A stretch of DNA of 32,000 nt from Alkalilimnicola ehrlichii MLHE-1 (GCF_000014785.1 NC_008340.1:2190001-2222000); one strand, 5' to 3'; counted from the first letter of the stretch, positions 16,379 to 29,499 are shown. Made by a program: numbers and translations. Notes: generated by a model from the sequence alone, not told the origin.

Positions 16379-16957
16379 CTAGAAGTAGGCCGGCTCGTTC
16401 CCCGGTTTCCACTTGATATTGCAGCCCATGCTCGGCCGCTGCTGCTCCTCAGGGAGGGTCTCGCCCCGGAGCAGGGCGTCGGCGGCCGCCCGCAAGTCCC
16501 GTCCGTCCACCGGTTGGTCATTGCCGGGTGTGGCCGCATCAAACCGGCCCCGGTAGACGAGCTTGAGATCGGCATCAAACAGGAAGAAGTCCGGGGTGCA
16601 GGCCGCACCGTATGCCTTGGCCACCTCCTGGGTCTCGTCCAGCAGATAGGGGAAGTCGTACCCCGCCACCCGCTTCTCCTCGGCCATGGCCTCCAGGTTG
16701 TCCTGGGGGTAGGCCTCGATGTCGTTGGCGCTGATCGCCACGGTGTTGATGCCCTTGCTGGCGTAGTCCCGGGCGAACGCCGCCAGCCCACCGCGGATGT
16801 GCTTGACGTAGGGGCAGTGGTTACAGATGAAGGCCACCAGCAGGCCGCGCCCGCCACGGACCTGCTCCAGGCTGACCTCGCCACCCTCGGTGGAAGGCAG
16901 GGTGAAGTCCGGGGCCGCTGTCCCCAGCGGCATCATTGTCGATTCGGTCCTTACCAT
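16379..16957 (-). CDS. Thioredoxin-fold thiol-disulfide oxidoreductase (AhpC/TSA-like family, CNHC motif)
   Basis: MVRTESTMMPLGTAAPDFTLPSTEGGEVSLEQVRGGRGLLVAFICNHCPYVKH. AAGGAG lies 8 nt upstream of the ATG at 16957. The ORF-track 5' extension to 17134 crosses a terminator and was rejected. Confidence 0.8.
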   Translation of the reverse strand: MVRTESTMMPLGTAAPDFTLPSTEGGEVSLEQVRGGRGLLVAFICNHCPYVKHIRGGLAAFARDYASKGINTVAISANDIEAYPQDNLEAMAEEKRVAGYDFPYLLDETQEVAKAYGAACTPDFFLFDADLKLVYRGRFDAATPGNDQPVDGRDLRAAADALLRGETLPEEQQRPSMGCNIKWKPGNEPAYF

Positions 16958-17052
16958 GGTATCGGCTCCTTGGTTCACTCGTTGCGTAGCCCGCCAGGCG
17001 TTCCGCCGTCCGGCGCGGCCGGGCTTCAACATACCCCCGTTCCCGGACATAA

Positions 17053-17085
17053 GAAAAGGCCTGCCGGTAGCGGCAGGCCTTTTCC
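17053..17085 (-). terminator. Rho-independent terminator downstream of dctP (hairpin flanked by A and T runs, possibly bidirectional)
   Basis: AAAAGGCCTGCCG-gta-CGGCAGGCCTTTT. On the minus strand the stem is followed by TTTTCTTAT. It lies about 50 nt after the dctP stop. Confidence 0.75.
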
Positions 17086-17136
17086 ATTGGGGCCAGGCCC
17101 CTTGGCCGGCCACGGGCCGACCTGGGTCGGGCACGC

Positions 17137-18204
17137 TCAGTCCCGGTGCGCCTCCACCGTCTCCAGCAGGAGGTCCAGGATCTGGCCACCCCGCTCGCCG
17201 GTCATCTCCACGTAGGTGTCACGCACCGGCATGCTGGCCTCGCGGAAGGCCTCGCGGGTCTCCTCGTCGATATCGATAATCTCCACATCCGGCCGCGCCT
17301 CGAGGATCTGGTCCATGCGGCGGTCGTTGAGCTCCACCTGGACCTCGTGGATGTACTCCACCAACTCCTCGTTGACCTCACGGATGACCTGCCTGTGCTC
17401 CTCGGAGAGGTTGTCCCAGAAGTCCCGGTTGGCCAGCCAGGCGGCGACGAAGGGCTTGTGCCGGCCAAAGATCATGTAGTCCTGGACTTCGTAGAAGCTC
17501 ATCTCCTGGTGGGCGAACACCGGCTGGATGTTGGCGTCAATGGAACCGGTCTCCAGCGCACCGTAGATGTCGGCATAGCTGACGGAGGTCGGATCGGCGC
17601 CGTAAGCGCTGTAGGTCTGGCGCAGCAGACGGTTATCCATCACGCGGATGCGCACGCCCTCGAAGTCCTCCACGCTGCGAATCTCTACATTACCGGCCCA
17701 GACCTGCCAGCCCTCAGGGACCAATGAGAGGATCTGGACATCGCGGTCGCGGAAGGCCGATTGCAGCGGGTCACTCCAGAGAAATGCCTCATCGTTGAGG
17801 ATCTGGGTGTTGGTCCACTCGTCGTCGGTCAGCACGAAACTCAGGCTGAAGACGTCGTTTTCCGGGACCACCCCGCCGAAGAAGCCGGAACCAAAGCCGA
17901 ACTGCACGGCCCCGTCCTGAAGCTGGGTGTAGATCTCATCGAAGCTCGGGCTCAGCTCACCGTAGCTGTAGATGACGAACTCCACATCGTCCGTGCGCTC
18001 CTCCACCAGCTCGGCAAAGCGTTCCGCATAGCGGTGCTGGACACTACCCTCGATCTCCTCCAGAGCGACGCGCCAGGTCTGCATCTCGGGCGCGGGCGCG
18101 GCCGCCTCACCATTCGCCTCGGTATCCGGCGCATCCCCCCCGCAGGCCGAGAGACCCAAAGCTGTCACAGCAGCCGTGGAGATCAGCCAAGACGTTCTCT
18201 TCAT
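17137..18204 (-). CDS. dctP: TRAP transporter substrate-binding protein (DctP family), lipoprotein-type signal peptide
   Basis: MKRTSWLISTAAVTALGLSACGG is a lipobox. The overall DctP-like pattern is present (YSYGELSPSFDEIYTQLQDGAVQFGF...PENDVFSLSFVL). AAGGAG lies upstream of the ATG at 18204. The protein is very acidic. Confidence 0.8.
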   Translation of the reverse strand: MKRTSWLISTAAVTALGLSACGGDAPDTEANGEAAAPAPEMQTWRVALEEIEGSVQHRYAERFAELVEERTDDVEFVIYSYGELSPSFDEIYTQLQDGAVQFGFGSGFFGGVVPENDVFSLSFVLTDDEWTNTQILNDEAFLWSDPLQSAFRDRDVQILSLVPEGWQVWAGNVEIRSVEDFEGVRIRVMDNRLLRQTYSAYGADPTSVSYADIYGALETGSIDANIQPVFAHQEMSFYEVQDYMIFGRHKPFVAAWLANRDFWDNLSEEHRQVIREVNEELVEYIHEVQVELNDRRMDQILEARPDVEIIDIDEETREAFREASMPVRDTYVEMTGERGGQILDLLLETVEAHRD

Positions 18205-18454
18205 CAGAGTCTCCTTAGTTATCCAACAATGCACGCTTTCAATTGCCCGGCGTGGACCCCACAGGTCCCAGGCCGGCCGACGGTAATCACGCGTCTTTTA
18301 CAACCCTAGCACAGAGTGGCCGCATGCACGCGTCCGGGCCCGGACGCCCAACGTCGCCAAATGCCGACGTCTGGTTTAGGCTTTACGAGGATCAGTTTAT
18401 ATGGTTTATGCTGAAGCATACGACCCACTTCACACAAAACGGCAGCCATAACGC

Positions 18455-19282
18455 ATGAGCACTCAGGGTGGGCCCGGCAGCGGGTTGAGCGGCAAACTGA
18501 CAATAGCAATCCGGTTGCTTGACCGGGGCGTGGAGCATGTGGAGGGCCTGCTGGTGGGGGCAGGCGTGTTACTGATGGCCATCGTCGCCATCAGTAACGT
18601 CTACACCCGGAACTTCCACGGCTTCAGCATCCCCGGAACCGAGGACATCACTGTCATCCTGCTGGTCATCGTGACCTTCATGGGGATCGGGTTCGCGGCC
18701 CGCCAGGGCCGGCACATCGCCATGACCGCCCTCTACGATCAGCTCTGGGGGGTATGGCGCAAGGGGATGCTGGTGCTCATCAGTCTGTGCACGGCCGGGC
18801 TGCTCTTCTACCTCGCCTTCCTGGGTTACGAATACGTGGAGGCGCTCCACCGCCGCGACCGCACCTTCCGCGGCATGGCCATCTACGCCTGGCAGATCCA
18901 CATCCTTTTGCCAGCCCTGCTGGCGCTCTGGATCGGCTACTGGGCCGCCTGGCAGCGCGGCCTGCGGCGTACCGGCGCGTTCCTGGGCGCCCTGCGGGGC
19001 AGGGATATCGGCGCCTGGGTCACCACCGTGGTCACCGGTGCCGCCCTGCTCTGGATTGCCGGGGTAGTCATCGTCCATTTGTTGGCCGACCCGGGCACAG
19101 GGCCACTGGGCTGGCAGACCCAGCTCCGACAGTGGATTCCCTACGCCCTGGTGCCCATCGGCCTGGCCCTGGGGGGGGTACAGTTCCTGCTGACCGCGTT
19201 GCGCAACCTCACCAGCCGGGAGATCTACCGCTCGTTCACCCAGAAGGAGCAGTACGGTGACGCTAACCCCGATGAGCCGTAA
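18455..19282 (+). CDS. dctQ: TRAP transporter small permease (DctQ family), unusually long at 275 aa
   Basis: It sits directly upstream of dctM. The DctQ-like TM1-3 and the terminal WIPYALVPIGLALGGVQFLLTALRNL motif are present. An insert of roughly 80 aa with two extra hydrophobic helices lies between TM3 and the last helix. The start codon has no clear SD. Confidence 0.7.
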   Translation: MSTQGGPGSGLSGKLTIAIRLLDRGVEHVEGLLVGAGVLLMAIVAISNVYTRNFHGFSIPGTEDITVILLVIVTFMGIGFAARQGRHIAMTALYDQLWGVWRKGMLVLISLCTAGLLFYLAFLGYEYVEALHRRDRTFRGMAIYAWQIHILLPALLALWIGYWAAWQRGLRRTGAFLGALRGRDIGAWVTTVVTGAALLWIAGVVIVHLLADPGTGPLGWQTQLRQWIPYALVPIGLALGGVQFLLTALRNLTSREIYRSFTQKEQYGDANPDEP

Positions 19283-19348
19283 GTCACCCGCCGCGCCCGC
19301 GGGCAGGGGCCGGCCATTGCAGAGATCGACTCGAGGAGTTTACCGCCG

Positions 19349-20632
19349 ATGATCTGGATCATGGTCGGCATCATGGTGGGGCTGCTGCTCCTGGGCTTCC
19401 CGCTGATGGTGCCGCTGCTCTCCGCAGCCCTCTACGTCATGCTGTTCGAGCTGGATTTCATCAGCACGAACCGCATTGTCGCGCAAATGGTCTCCGGCAT
19501 CTCCTCGCCGGTGCTGGCGGCGGTGCCGTTGTTCATCCTCGCCGCCGACATCATGACCAAGGGCCGCACCGCCAACCGTCTGTTGGATCTGGTCATGAGC
19601 TTCTTCGGCCACCTGCGCGGGGGGCTGCCGGTCACCGCGGCCATCAGCTGCACCCTTTTCGGTGCGGTCTCCGGCTCCACCCAGGCGACGGTGGTGGCCA
19701 TCGGCGGGCCGCTGCGCCCAAAGCTGATCAAGGCCGGCTATAAGGACAGCTTCACCACCGCACTGATCATCAACGCCAGTGACATCGCCCTGCTCATCCC
19801 GCCGAGCATCGGCATGATCGTCTACGGCGTGGTCTCCCGCACCTCGGTGCGCGAACTGTTCATCGCCGGCATCCTGCCCGGGCTGCTGATCCTGCTCTTC
19901 TTCTGTGTCTACACCTATATCTACTCCCGGCTAAAGCAGATCCCGGTGCAGGACAGGTCAACCTGGTCGATTCGGCTGCAGGCCCTGCGCGGGGCCTTGC
20001 TACCCATGGGCTTCCCGATCATTGTCGTGGGTGGCATCTACGCCGGCTTCTTCTCCCCCACCGAGGCAGCGGCCGTCTCCGTGGCCTACGCCTTCCTGCT
20101 GGAGGTGGTGATCTTCCGGTCGCTGCACATCAAGGAGATCTGGCCCATCGCCCTGTCCACCGGGTTGATCACCGCGGTGGTCTTCGTGCTGGTGGCCTCC
20201 GGCCAGGTCTTCTCGTACGTGGTCTCGGCAGCGCGGATCCCCCGGGAGTTGATCGGGCCGCTGATCGAGACCCTGGCGGGCAACCCCGAGATGGCGTTAA
20301 TCGTCATCGCCCTCGCCTACTTCATCGGCTGTATGTTCGTGGACCCCATCGTGGTCATCCTGGTGCTGACACCGATCTTCACCCCGCTGGTGGACGCCAC
20401 CGGGCTCGACCCGGTGCACGTGGGCGTCATCGTCACCCTGCAGGCGGCCATCGGTTCGGCCACGCCACCCTTTGGCTGCGACATCTTCACCGCCATCGCG
20501 ATCTTCAGGCGACCTTACTGGGACACCATCAAGGGCACGCCGCCGTTCATCTTTATCCTGTTGCTGTCCACGGCGGTGCTCATCGCCTTCCCGCAGATCT
20601 CGCTGTTCCTGCCGCAACTGGCCTTCGGCTAG
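19349..20632 (+). CDS. dctM: TRAP transporter large permease (DctM family)
   Basis: 427 aa polytopic protein with typical DctM segments (AVPLFILAADIMTKGRTANRLLD, AISCTLFGAVSGSTQATVVAIG, LQAAIGSATPPFG). GAGGAG lies upstream of the ATG. Confidence 0.9.
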   Translation: MIWIMVGIMVGLLLLGFPLMVPLLSAALYVMLFELDFISTNRIVAQMVSGISSPVLAAVPLFILAADIMTKGRTANRLLDLVMSFFGHLRGGLPVTAAISCTLFGAVSGSTQATVVAIGGPLRPKLIKAGYKDSFTTALIINASDIALLIPPSIGMIVYGVVSRTSVRELFIAGILPGLLILLFFCVYTYIYSRLKQIPVQDRSTWSIRLQALRGALLPMGFPIIVVGGIYAGFFSPTEAAAVSVAYAFLLEVVIFRSLHIKEIWPIALSTGLITAVVFVLVASGQVFSYVVSAARIPRELIGPLIETLAGNPEMALIVIALAYFIGCMFVDPIVVILVLTPIFTPLVDATGLDPVHVGVIVTLQAAIGSATPPFGCDIFTAIAIFRRPYWDTIKGTPPFIFILLLSTAVLIAFPQISLFLPQLAFG

Positions 20633-20688
20633 GCGCCACGGGTACGGCGAACGGCGCCTGCCCGTCGCGGGCGGGCGCCGCCATCACG

Positions 20689-20727
20689 AAAAAGGGGAGA
20701 CCCGTCACCGGGCCTCCCCTTCTTATT
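20689..20727 (-). terminator. Rho-independent terminator of pnp (bidirectional-looking, shared with convergent dctM)
   Basis: The minus strand reads AGGGGAG-gcccggtgacgggt-CTCCCCT followed by TTTTT, about 75 nt after the pnp stop. A second GC-rich hairpin (GGCGCCTGCCCG/CGGGCGGGCGCC, 20653-20679) follows the dctM stop. Confidence 0.7.
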
Positions 20728-20798
20728 GGCCTGAGCGGCCAGCAGGCCGGGCCCATCCCGCGGACCGAGCCATCGGCCCCCGGGATGGCGTCAGGCGA

Positions 20799-22895
20799 TC
20801 ACTCGCCGTCCTGCACCGCCTTCATGCTCAGCCGGATACGGCCCTGGCGGTCCACCTCCAGCACCTTGACGCGCACGGTGTCACCTTCCTTGAGGTAGTC
20901 ACCCACCCGCTCCACGCGCTCGTTGGAGATCTGGGAGATGTGCACCAGGCCATCCCGGCCGGGCAGGATGTTGACGAAGGCGCCGAAATCCATCAGCTTC
21001 GAGACCTTCCCCTCGTAGACCGTCCCCACCTCCACGTCGGCGGTGAGCAGCTCGATGCGCCGGCGGGCCTCGTCGGCCGCGGCCTTGTCCGCGGAGGCGA
21101 TGGTCACCTTGCCATCGTCGGAGATGTCGATAGTGGTGCCGGTCTCCTCGGTCAACGCGCGAATGGTGGCGCCACCCTTGCCGATGACATCACGGATCTT
21201 GTCCGGGTCGATCCGGATGGTGAGCAGGCGCGGAGCGTACTCGGACATCTCGCTCCGCGGGCCGCTGATGGCATTGTTCATCTCACCAAGGATGTGCAGG
21301 CGGCCTTCCCGGGCCTGCTCCAGCGCCTGCTCCATGATCTCGCGGGTAATCCCCTGGATCTTGATGTCCATCTGCAGCGCGGTCACGCCGCTCTCGGTCC
21401 CGGCGACCTTGAAGTCCATGTCGCCCAGGTGGTCCTCATCGCCGAGGATGTCGGAGAGCACGGCGAACTGCTCGTCCTCCTTGATCAGGCCCATGGCGAT
21501 ACCGGCCACCGGTGCTTTCACTGGCACGCCGGCGTCCATCAGCGACAGGGAGGTGCCGCAGACGGTGGCCATGGAGGAGGAGCCGTTGGACTCGGTGATC
21601 TCGGAGACCACGCGGATCACGTAGGGGCAATCGTCCGCGGCCGGCATGACCGCTTCAATGCCCCGCTTGGCGAGCTTACCGTGACCGATCTCGCGGCGCT
21701 TGGGCGTGCCCATGAAGCCGGTCTCGCCCACACAGTAGGGCGGGAAGTTGTAGTGCAGCATGAACTGCTCTTTGCGCTCGCCCTCGATGGCATCGATGAT
21801 CTGGGCATCACGGCCGGTCCCGAGGGTGGTCACCACCACAGCCTGGGTCTCGCCGCGGGTAAAGATCGCCGAACCGTGCGTACGCGGCAGGCTCCCCACC
21901 TCGATGTCGATGGGCCGGACGGTCCGGGTATCCCGCCCGTCGATACGGCGCTCACCCGCCAGGATGCGCCCGCGGACGATGTCCTTCTCCAGCCCCTTAA
22001 AGGCGTCGCCCACGTCCTTCTCGGGCCAACCGCCCTCTTCCTCACGGTTCTCACCCAGCGCCTCGACGGCCCGCTGCCGCAGTTCGCCGATCCGGTTCTG
22101 GCGCTCCTGCTTTTCCGGGATCTGGTAGGCGGCGGCCAGGTCGTCGCCCACCAGGTCCTTGATCGCCGTCTCCAGGGCAGCGTCGCCTTGCGGCGGGTGC
22201 CAGTCCCATCGCGGCTTGCCCGCCTCGGCGGTGAGCTCGTTGATCGCCTGGATAGCCACCTGCATCTGCTCGTGGCCGTACAGCACGGCGCCAAGCATGG
22301 CCTCCTCGGGGAGCTGGTTGGCCTCCGACTCCACCATCAGCACGGCGTTCTCCGTGCCCGCGACCACCAGGTCCAGGTCGGAGGCGGCGGTCTCCTCGAA
22401 GGTGGGATTCAGCAGGTACTCGCCGTCCTTATAGCCAACACGGGCGGCGCCGATGGGGCCATCGAAGGGGATACCGGAAATAGACAGTGCCGCGGAGGCC
22501 CCGATCAATGCCGGGATGTCGGCATCCACCTCAGGGTTCATGGAGAGCACGGTGGCCACCACCTGCACCTCGTTATAGAACCCCTCCGGGAACAGCGGCC
22601 GGATGGGCCGGTCGATCAGACGGCAGGTGAGGGTCTCCTTCTCGGAGGGGCGGCCCTCACGCTTGAAGAAGCCTCCCGGGATCTTGCCCGCCGCATAGGT
22701 CCGCTCCTGGTAATTGACGGTCAGGGGGAAGAAGCCCTTGCCCGGGTCCGCCTCCTTGCGACCGACAGCGGTGACGAGCACCACCGTATCACTCATGTTG
22801 ACCAGCACGGCGCCATCGGCCTGCCGTGCGACGCCACCGGTTTCCAGAGTGACCGTGTGGTTTCCGTACTGAAAGCTCTTCTTGACTGATTTCAC
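20799..22895 (-). CDS. pnp: Polyribonucleotide nucleotidyltransferase (PNPase)
   Basis: Full-length PNPase: two RNase PH domains, then KH and S1 ([29 protein letters not shown]). I prefer the GTG at 22895 ([21 protein letters not shown]). It aligns with E. coli [21 protein letters not shown]. The ORF-track start at 22961 would add 22 Arg-rich residues. Confidence 0.95.
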   Translation of the reverse strand: MKSVKKSFQYGNHTVTLETGGVARQADGAVLVNMSDTVVLVTAVGRKEADPGKGFFPLTVNYQERTYAAGKIPGGFFKREGRPSEKETLTCRLIDRPIRPLFPEGFYNEVQVVATVLSMNPEVDADIPALIGASAALSISGIPFDGPIGAARVGYKDGEYLLNPTFEETAASDLDLVVAGTENAVLMVESEANQLPEEAMLGAVLYGHEQMQVAIQAINELTAEAGKPRWDWHPPQGDAALETAIKDLVGDDLAAAYQIPEKQERQNRIGELRQRAVEALGENREEEGGWPEKDVGDAFKGLEKDIVRGRILAGERRIDGRDTRTVRPIDIEVGSLPRTHGSAIFTRGETQAVVVTTLGTGRDAQIIDAIEGERKEQFMLHYNFPPYCVGETGFMGTPKRREIGHGKLAKRGIEAVMPAADDCPYVIRVVSEITESNGSSSMATVCGTSLSLMDAGVPVKAPVAGIAMGLIKEDEQFAVLSDILGDEDHLGDMDFKVAGTESGVTALQMDIKIQGITREIMEQALEQAREGRLHILGEMNNAISGPRSEMSEYAPRLLTIRIDPDKIRDVIGKGGATIRALTEETGTTIDISDDGKVTIASADKAAADEARRRIELLTADVEVGTVYEGKVSKLMDFGAFVNILPGRDGLVHISQISNERVERVGDYLKEGDTVRVKVLEVDRQGRIRLSMKAVQDGE

Positions 22896-22994
22896 GATAA
22901 TATCCGGCTGCTCTTGAAATGACTGACGAGGTGCCCCGCCCCTGCGGGACACCCGGCGCACGCGCCCATTGGCGGCGTGCGGACGGGCGTGCCC

Positions 22995-23264
22995 TTACTT
23001 GCGCAGGCCCAGGTTCTCGATGAGGTCGAGATAGCGCTGGCGATCCTTACGCTTGAGGTAGTCCAGCAGCTTGCGCCGCTGGCTGACCAGCTTGAGCAGG
23101 CCCTGGCGGGAGTGGTGGTCCTGCTTGTGCTCGGCGAAGTGACCGCTCAGGTGCTGGATGCGGGCGGTCAGCAGCGCCACCTGCACCTCGGGCGAACCGG
23201 TGTCGGAGGCGGTACGTGCGTGTTTCTTGACGATTTCGCCCTTCTGCTCAGCGGAAAGCGACAT
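22995..23264 (-). CDS. rpsO: 30S ribosomal protein S15
   Basis: [74 protein letters not shown]. Confidence 0.97.
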   Translation of the reverse strand: MSLSAEQKGEIVKKHARTASDTGSPEVQVALLTARIQHLSGHFAEHKQDHHSRQGLLKLVSQRRKLLDYLKRKDRQRYLDLIENLGLRK

Positions 23265-23320
23265 GTAACTGACTCCTGAAAACTCAAACAGTTGGTATGG
23301 ACCTGATGGTTAATCGGCGT

Positions 23321-23350
23321 ATTTTAGCCCCCGGCCGCCAGGGGTAACAA
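23321..23350 (-). promoter_or_regulatory. Candidate sigma-70 promoter for rpsO
   Basis: On the minus strand: TTGTTA (23350-23345), 18-nt spacer, TAAAAT (23326-23321), in the truB-rpsO gap. The spacer contains a GC hairpin, so this is tentative. Confidence 0.35.
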
Positions 23351-23361
23351 GCAACATCGGG

Positions 23362-24288
23362 TTACTGCTTACCGCCCCCGCCCGTTGCCAGCAGGCGTTT
23401 GGGCGCGATGCGGCCCTCCGCATCCGGGCAGCCCATGCCCAGGAAACGGCCCTCGCGGGTATAGAGCCGCAACCAGGCGGCCTCCGGAATGCGGGGCACC
23501 CACACCGGCTGCCCCTGCATGAGAAAGAAGGCGACGTCCTCGGCCAGCTCCACGGCCGGCCACTGCACAAGGGCGCTGTCCATCGGCAGCAGGCAGTTGT
23601 CCAGTGCCTCGAGGCCCTCTCCGGCCGCGGCCTCCAGCGCCTCCAGCGTGAACATGTCGGGATCGTCGAACGGACCCAGCCCGGTGCGGCGCAGGCCGAT
23701 GACGTGGGCTCCGCAGCCCAACGCCCGGCCGATGTCCTCGACCAGGGTGCGCACGTAGGTGCCCTTGGAGCAGCGGACATCCAGGGCCAGGGTGTCACCC
23801 TCCAGCGCCACCAGCGTGAGCCCATTGATGCGCACCGGGCGCGGCTCGCGATTGACTTCTTTACCCTCACGCGCCAGCTTGTAAAGCCGCTGGCCCTTGT
23901 GCTTGAGCGCGGAGTACATGGGCGGCACCTGCTCGATGTCGCCCCGGAATCCGGCCAGTGCCGCCTCCACCCGGTCCGCGTCCAGTGCCGGCACCGGGGT
24001 CTCCTCCAGCACCTCACCCTCGGCATCGCCGGTATCGGTGGTGACGCCCAGGCGGCAGCGCACTTGGTAGTGCTTGTCGGCGTCCAGCAGAAAGCCGGAG
24101 ACCTTGGTGGCCTCACCGAAACAGAGGGGCAGCAGGCCGGTGGCCAGCGGGTCCAGACTGCCGGTATGACCGGCCTTACGGGCCTGGAACAGCCGTTTCG
24201 CCCGTTGCAGGGCCTGGTTGGAGGACAGCCCGGCGGGTTTGTCCAGCAGCAGGATGCCGTTGACCCGGCGCAGATGCTTACGTGCCAT
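23362..24288 (-). CDS. truB: tRNA pseudouridine(55) synthase
   Basis: [53 protein letters not shown], plus the conserved operon position. Confidence 0.95.
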   Translation of the reverse strand: MARKHLRRVNGILLLDKPAGLSSNQALQRAKRLFQARKAGHTGSLDPLATGLLPLCFGEATKVSGFLLDADKHYQVRCRLGVTTDTGDAEGEVLEETPVPALDADRVEAALAGFRGDIEQVPPMYSALKHKGQRLYKLAREGKEVNREPRPVRINGLTLVALEGDTLALDVRCSKGTYVRTLVEDIGRALGCGAHVIGLRRTGLGPFDDPDMFTLEALEAAAGEGLEALDNCLLPMDSALVQWPAVELAEDVAFFLMQGQPVWVPRIPEAAWLRLYTREGRFLGMGCPDAEGRIAPKRLLATGGGGKQ

Positions 24289-24299
24289 TAAGCGCCCCG

Positions 24300-24692
24300 T
24301 CAGCCGTTGTCCGGCTTGTCGTCGTCGTGCTGCTGGCGGTCTTCCTCCACCGCCTCATCAATGAGCCGGCTGAGCCGGTCGCCGCGGTCGAAGGCGGTGT
24401 CGTGCTGGAAGTGCAGGGCCGGCACCTGGCGGATACGCAGGCGCTGGCCGAGCAGCTTGCGCAGGTAGCCGGCTGCCCGGGTCAGCACCTCGACGGTCTT
24501 GGCGTTGTCCTCATCGCTGCCGCCCAGGGCGGTCACGAACACCTTCGCGTGCGCCAGATCCCGGCTGACCGTCACCTCGGAGACCGTGACCATACCCAGC
24601 CGCGGGTCGCGGAGTTCGTCACGGATCAGCTCGGCCAGCTCGCGCTGGATCTGCTCGCCGACCCGGCGTGTTCTCGGGAAATCCCTGGGCAT
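24300..24692 (-). CDS. rbfA: Ribosome-binding factor A
   Basis: [53 protein letters not shown]. The start was trimmed from the ORF-track 24944, which overlaps infB, to the ATG at 24692. Confidence 0.93.
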   Translation of the reverse strand: MPRDFPRTRRVGEQIQRELAELIRDELRDPRLGMVTVSEVTVSRDLAHAKVFVTALGGSDEDNAKTVEVLTRAAGYLRKLLGQRLRIRQVPALHFQHDTAFDRGDRLSRLIDEAVEEDRQQHDDDKPDNG

Positions 24693-24699
24693 CTCTACC

Positions 24700-27351
<2,652 letters not shown>

Positions 27352-27424
27352 CTCTACTCTCTCTCCCGCATACCCTGTTGCCGACAACGGGGGCTGGCGC
27401 CCCCAAACTTAACGCAACCGGGTG

Positions 27425-28921
27425 CTATTCATCGTCCTGCTGGTCCGCGAACCACGGCTCCCGGGCCTTCATGATGAGCTGACCGGCACGGGTCTCGTCC
27501 ATGCCCTCGATCTCCATCAATTCATCCACGGACTGTTCCGCCAGGTCCTCCATGGTGCACACGCCCCGTGCGGCGAGCGCCCGGGCCAGGTCCTCGTCCA
27601 TGCCTTCCATGGTCAGCAGATCCTCTGCCGGCTCGGTGCCGGCACTCTCGCGCTCCTCCGCCTCACTGACGAGGACATCACGGGCCCGCGCCCGCAACTC
27701 GTCAACGATGTCTTCGTCGAACTCCTCGACCTCCAGCAGCTCGGCGGCCGGGACATAGGCCACCTCTTCGAGGCTGGAGAAACCCTCCTGCACCAGGATG
27801 GCGGCGATCTCCTCGTCCACGTCCAGCTTCTCCTGGAAAAGCTGCTGGTACTGAGCCGCCTCCTCCTGGTTCTTGGCCTCGGCCTCCTCGGCGGTCATCA
27901 CGTTGAGTTCCCAGCCGGTGAGCTCACTGGCCAGGCGGACGTTCTGCCCACCGCGCCCGATGGCCTGGGAAAGCTGCTCCTCGGCCACGGCAATATCCAT
28001 GCTGTGGCGGTCTTCGTCCACGACGATGGACTCCACCTCGGCGGGGGCCAGCGCGTTGATCACGAACTGCGCCGGGTTGTCATCCCACAGGATAATATCG
28101 ATGCGCTCACCGGCCAGTTCGTTGGAGACCGCCTGCACGCGGGAGCCGCGCATACCCACACACGCCCCGACCGGGTCAATGCGCGGATCCAGCGCCCGCA
28201 CGGCGATCTTGGCCCGAACGCCGGGGTCGCGAGCGGCGCCCATGATCTCGATCAACTCCTGGCCCACCTCCGGCACCTCCAGCTTGAAGAGCTCGACCAG
28301 GAATTCCGGCGCGGTGCGGCTGACGAACAGCTGCGGGCCGCGCGGCTCCGGACGCACATCCTTCAGATAGCCGCGCAGCCGGTCCTCCCGCCGCACCGCC
28401 TCGCGCGGGATCATGGCCTCACGCGGGATCAGCGCCTCGGCGTTGCCGCCCAGGTCCATGATCACGCTGCCACGCTCCAGCCGCTTGACGGTGCCGGTCA
28501 CCAGCTCGCCGATCCGGTCCTGGAAGGCCTCCACCACCTTGGCACGCTCGGCCTCCCGCACCTTTTGCACAATGACCTGCTTGGCGGTCTGGGCGGCGAT
28601 ACGGCCGAACTCCACCGATTCCATGGGCTCTTCCAGGCACTCACCCACTTCGATGTCCGGCTGGCGCTGGCGTGCCTCCTCCAGCGTGATCTGACGGGCC
28701 GGCGATTCGACATCTTCGTCGCTCTCCACCACCCACCAGCGCCGGAAGGTGCTGTAATCGCCGGTGTTGCGGTTGACCTCCACGCGGGCGTCGATGTCCT
28801 CCGGGTGACGCTTGCGCGTGGCAGAGGCCAACGCCGCTTCGATGGCCTCGAAGATGACCTCGCGGTCCACGCCCTTTTCGTTGGAGGTCGCCTCGACAAC
28901 CAGCAGGATTTCTTTGCTCAT
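27425..28921 (-). CDS. nusA: Transcription termination/antitermination factor NusA
   Basis: [37 protein letters not shown], then S1, two KH domains and acidic C-terminal repeats. Confidence 0.97.
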   Translation of the reverse strand: MSKEILLVVEATSNEKGVDREVIFEAIEAALASATRKRHPEDIDARVEVNRNTGDYSTFRRWWVVESDEDVESPARQITLEEARQRQPDIEVGECLEEPMESVEFGRIAAQTAKQVIVQKVREAERAKVVEAFQDRIGELVTGTVKRLERGSVIMDLGGNAEALIPREAMIPREAVRREDRLRGYLKDVRPEPRGPQLFVSRTAPEFLVELFKLEVPEVGQELIEIMGAARDPGVRAKIAVRALDPRIDPVGACVGMRGSRVQAVSNELAGERIDIILWDDNPAQFVINALAPAEVESIVVDEDRHSMDIAVAEEQLSQAIGRGGQNVRLASELTGWELNVMTAEEAEAKNQEEAAQYQQLFQEKLDVDEEIAAILVQEGFSSLEEVAYVPAAELLEVEEFDEDIVDELRARARDVLVSEAEERESAGTEPAEDLLTMEGMDEDLARALAARGVCTMEDLAEQSVDELMEIEGMDETRAGQLIMKAREPWFADQQDDE

Positions 28922-28946
28922 GCTCCCGTCTCCACCATCAGGCCGA

Positions 28947-29405
28947 TCACGGCTCCAGGATCAGCCTTGCCTTTTCAATGAGGTCCAGGGGGATCTGCAC
29001 TTCATCCCCCTGGGCTTCGACAACCCGGACGCCCTCGTCGCCCAGACCCGCCAACACGCCCTTGAAACGCCGGCGCCCCTCCCAGGGGGCGCTCAGGCGG
29101 ATCTTGATCTGCTCACCGGCAAATCGATCGTAATCGGACGCCTTGAAGATGGGCCGATCCAGACCCGGCGAGGAGATCTCCAGGGTGTATTCCCCGGGGA
29201 TGGGATCCTCCACATCGAGAACCGCGCTGATCTGCCGGCTGCAGGTCTCGCAATCGTCCAGGGTGATCCCGTCGGGGCTGTCGATATAAATGCGCAGTAA
29301 TCGCTTGCCGGCCGGGCCGCCGTATTCAATGCCCACCAGCTCGTAGCCCATGCCTGTCAGCAGGGGGTCGATCAACGCATATAGGGTGTCTTCGGTTGCC
29401 GCCAT
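28947..29405 (-). CDS. rimP: Ribosome maturation factor RimP
   Basis: [42 protein letters not shown] aligns with the E. coli RimP N-terminus. The ORF-track extension to 29477 would run through a terminator hairpin. Confidence 0.9.
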   Translation of the reverse strand: MAATEDTLYALIDPLLTGMGYELVGIEYGGPAGKRLLRIYIDSPDGITLDDCETCSRQISAVLDVEDPIPGEYTLEISSPGLDRPIFKASDYDRFAGEQIKIRLSAPWEGRRRFKGVLAGLGDEGVRVVEAQGDEVQIPLDLIEKARLILEP

Positions 29406-29421
29406 AGCACCTGCTACAAAT

Positions 29422-29444
29422 AAAAAAAGGGCCCAAGGCCCCTT
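29422..29444 (-). terminator. Rho-independent terminator-like hairpin (second of two) between metY and rimP
   Basis: The minus strand reads GGGCC-ttg-GGCCC followed by TTTTTTT. It ends 17 nt upstream of the rimP ATG. Confidence 0.6.
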
Positions 29445-29499
29445 CCCTGTGCCGGCCGGAGGCCTGGGGTGCCGCACCCCTGGGCCTTCCTCCAGCTAC

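Noticed and set aside
16958-17134. 5' extensions of several ORF-track models: thioredoxin-like gene to 17134, rimP to 29477, rbfA to 24944, DUF2237 to 8200, dctP to 18234
   Set aside because: In each case an internal ATG with a good SD matches the start of the conserved family alignment. The extension is Arg/Pro/Gly-rich, or it crosses a terminator hairpin or the upstream gene.
20472-22889. An 805-aa ORF on the plus strand opposite pnp
   Set aside because: It is a classic high-GC antisense shadow ORF, rich in G/A/L/H/D/R, with no recognisable motifs, and entirely overlapped by an unambiguous PNPase gene. The same reasoning applies to 24499-26493(+) opposite infB, 27422-28981(+) opposite nusA, 13879-15423(+) opposite ffh, 12617-13897(+) opposite the MCP, 5305-6444(+) and 4483-5199(+) opposite the GGDEF-EAL gene, 6546-7577(-) opposite the Ca-motif protein, 3178-4140(-) opposite dgt, 11503-12264(+) opposite the DASS gene, and 23704-24291(+) opposite truB.
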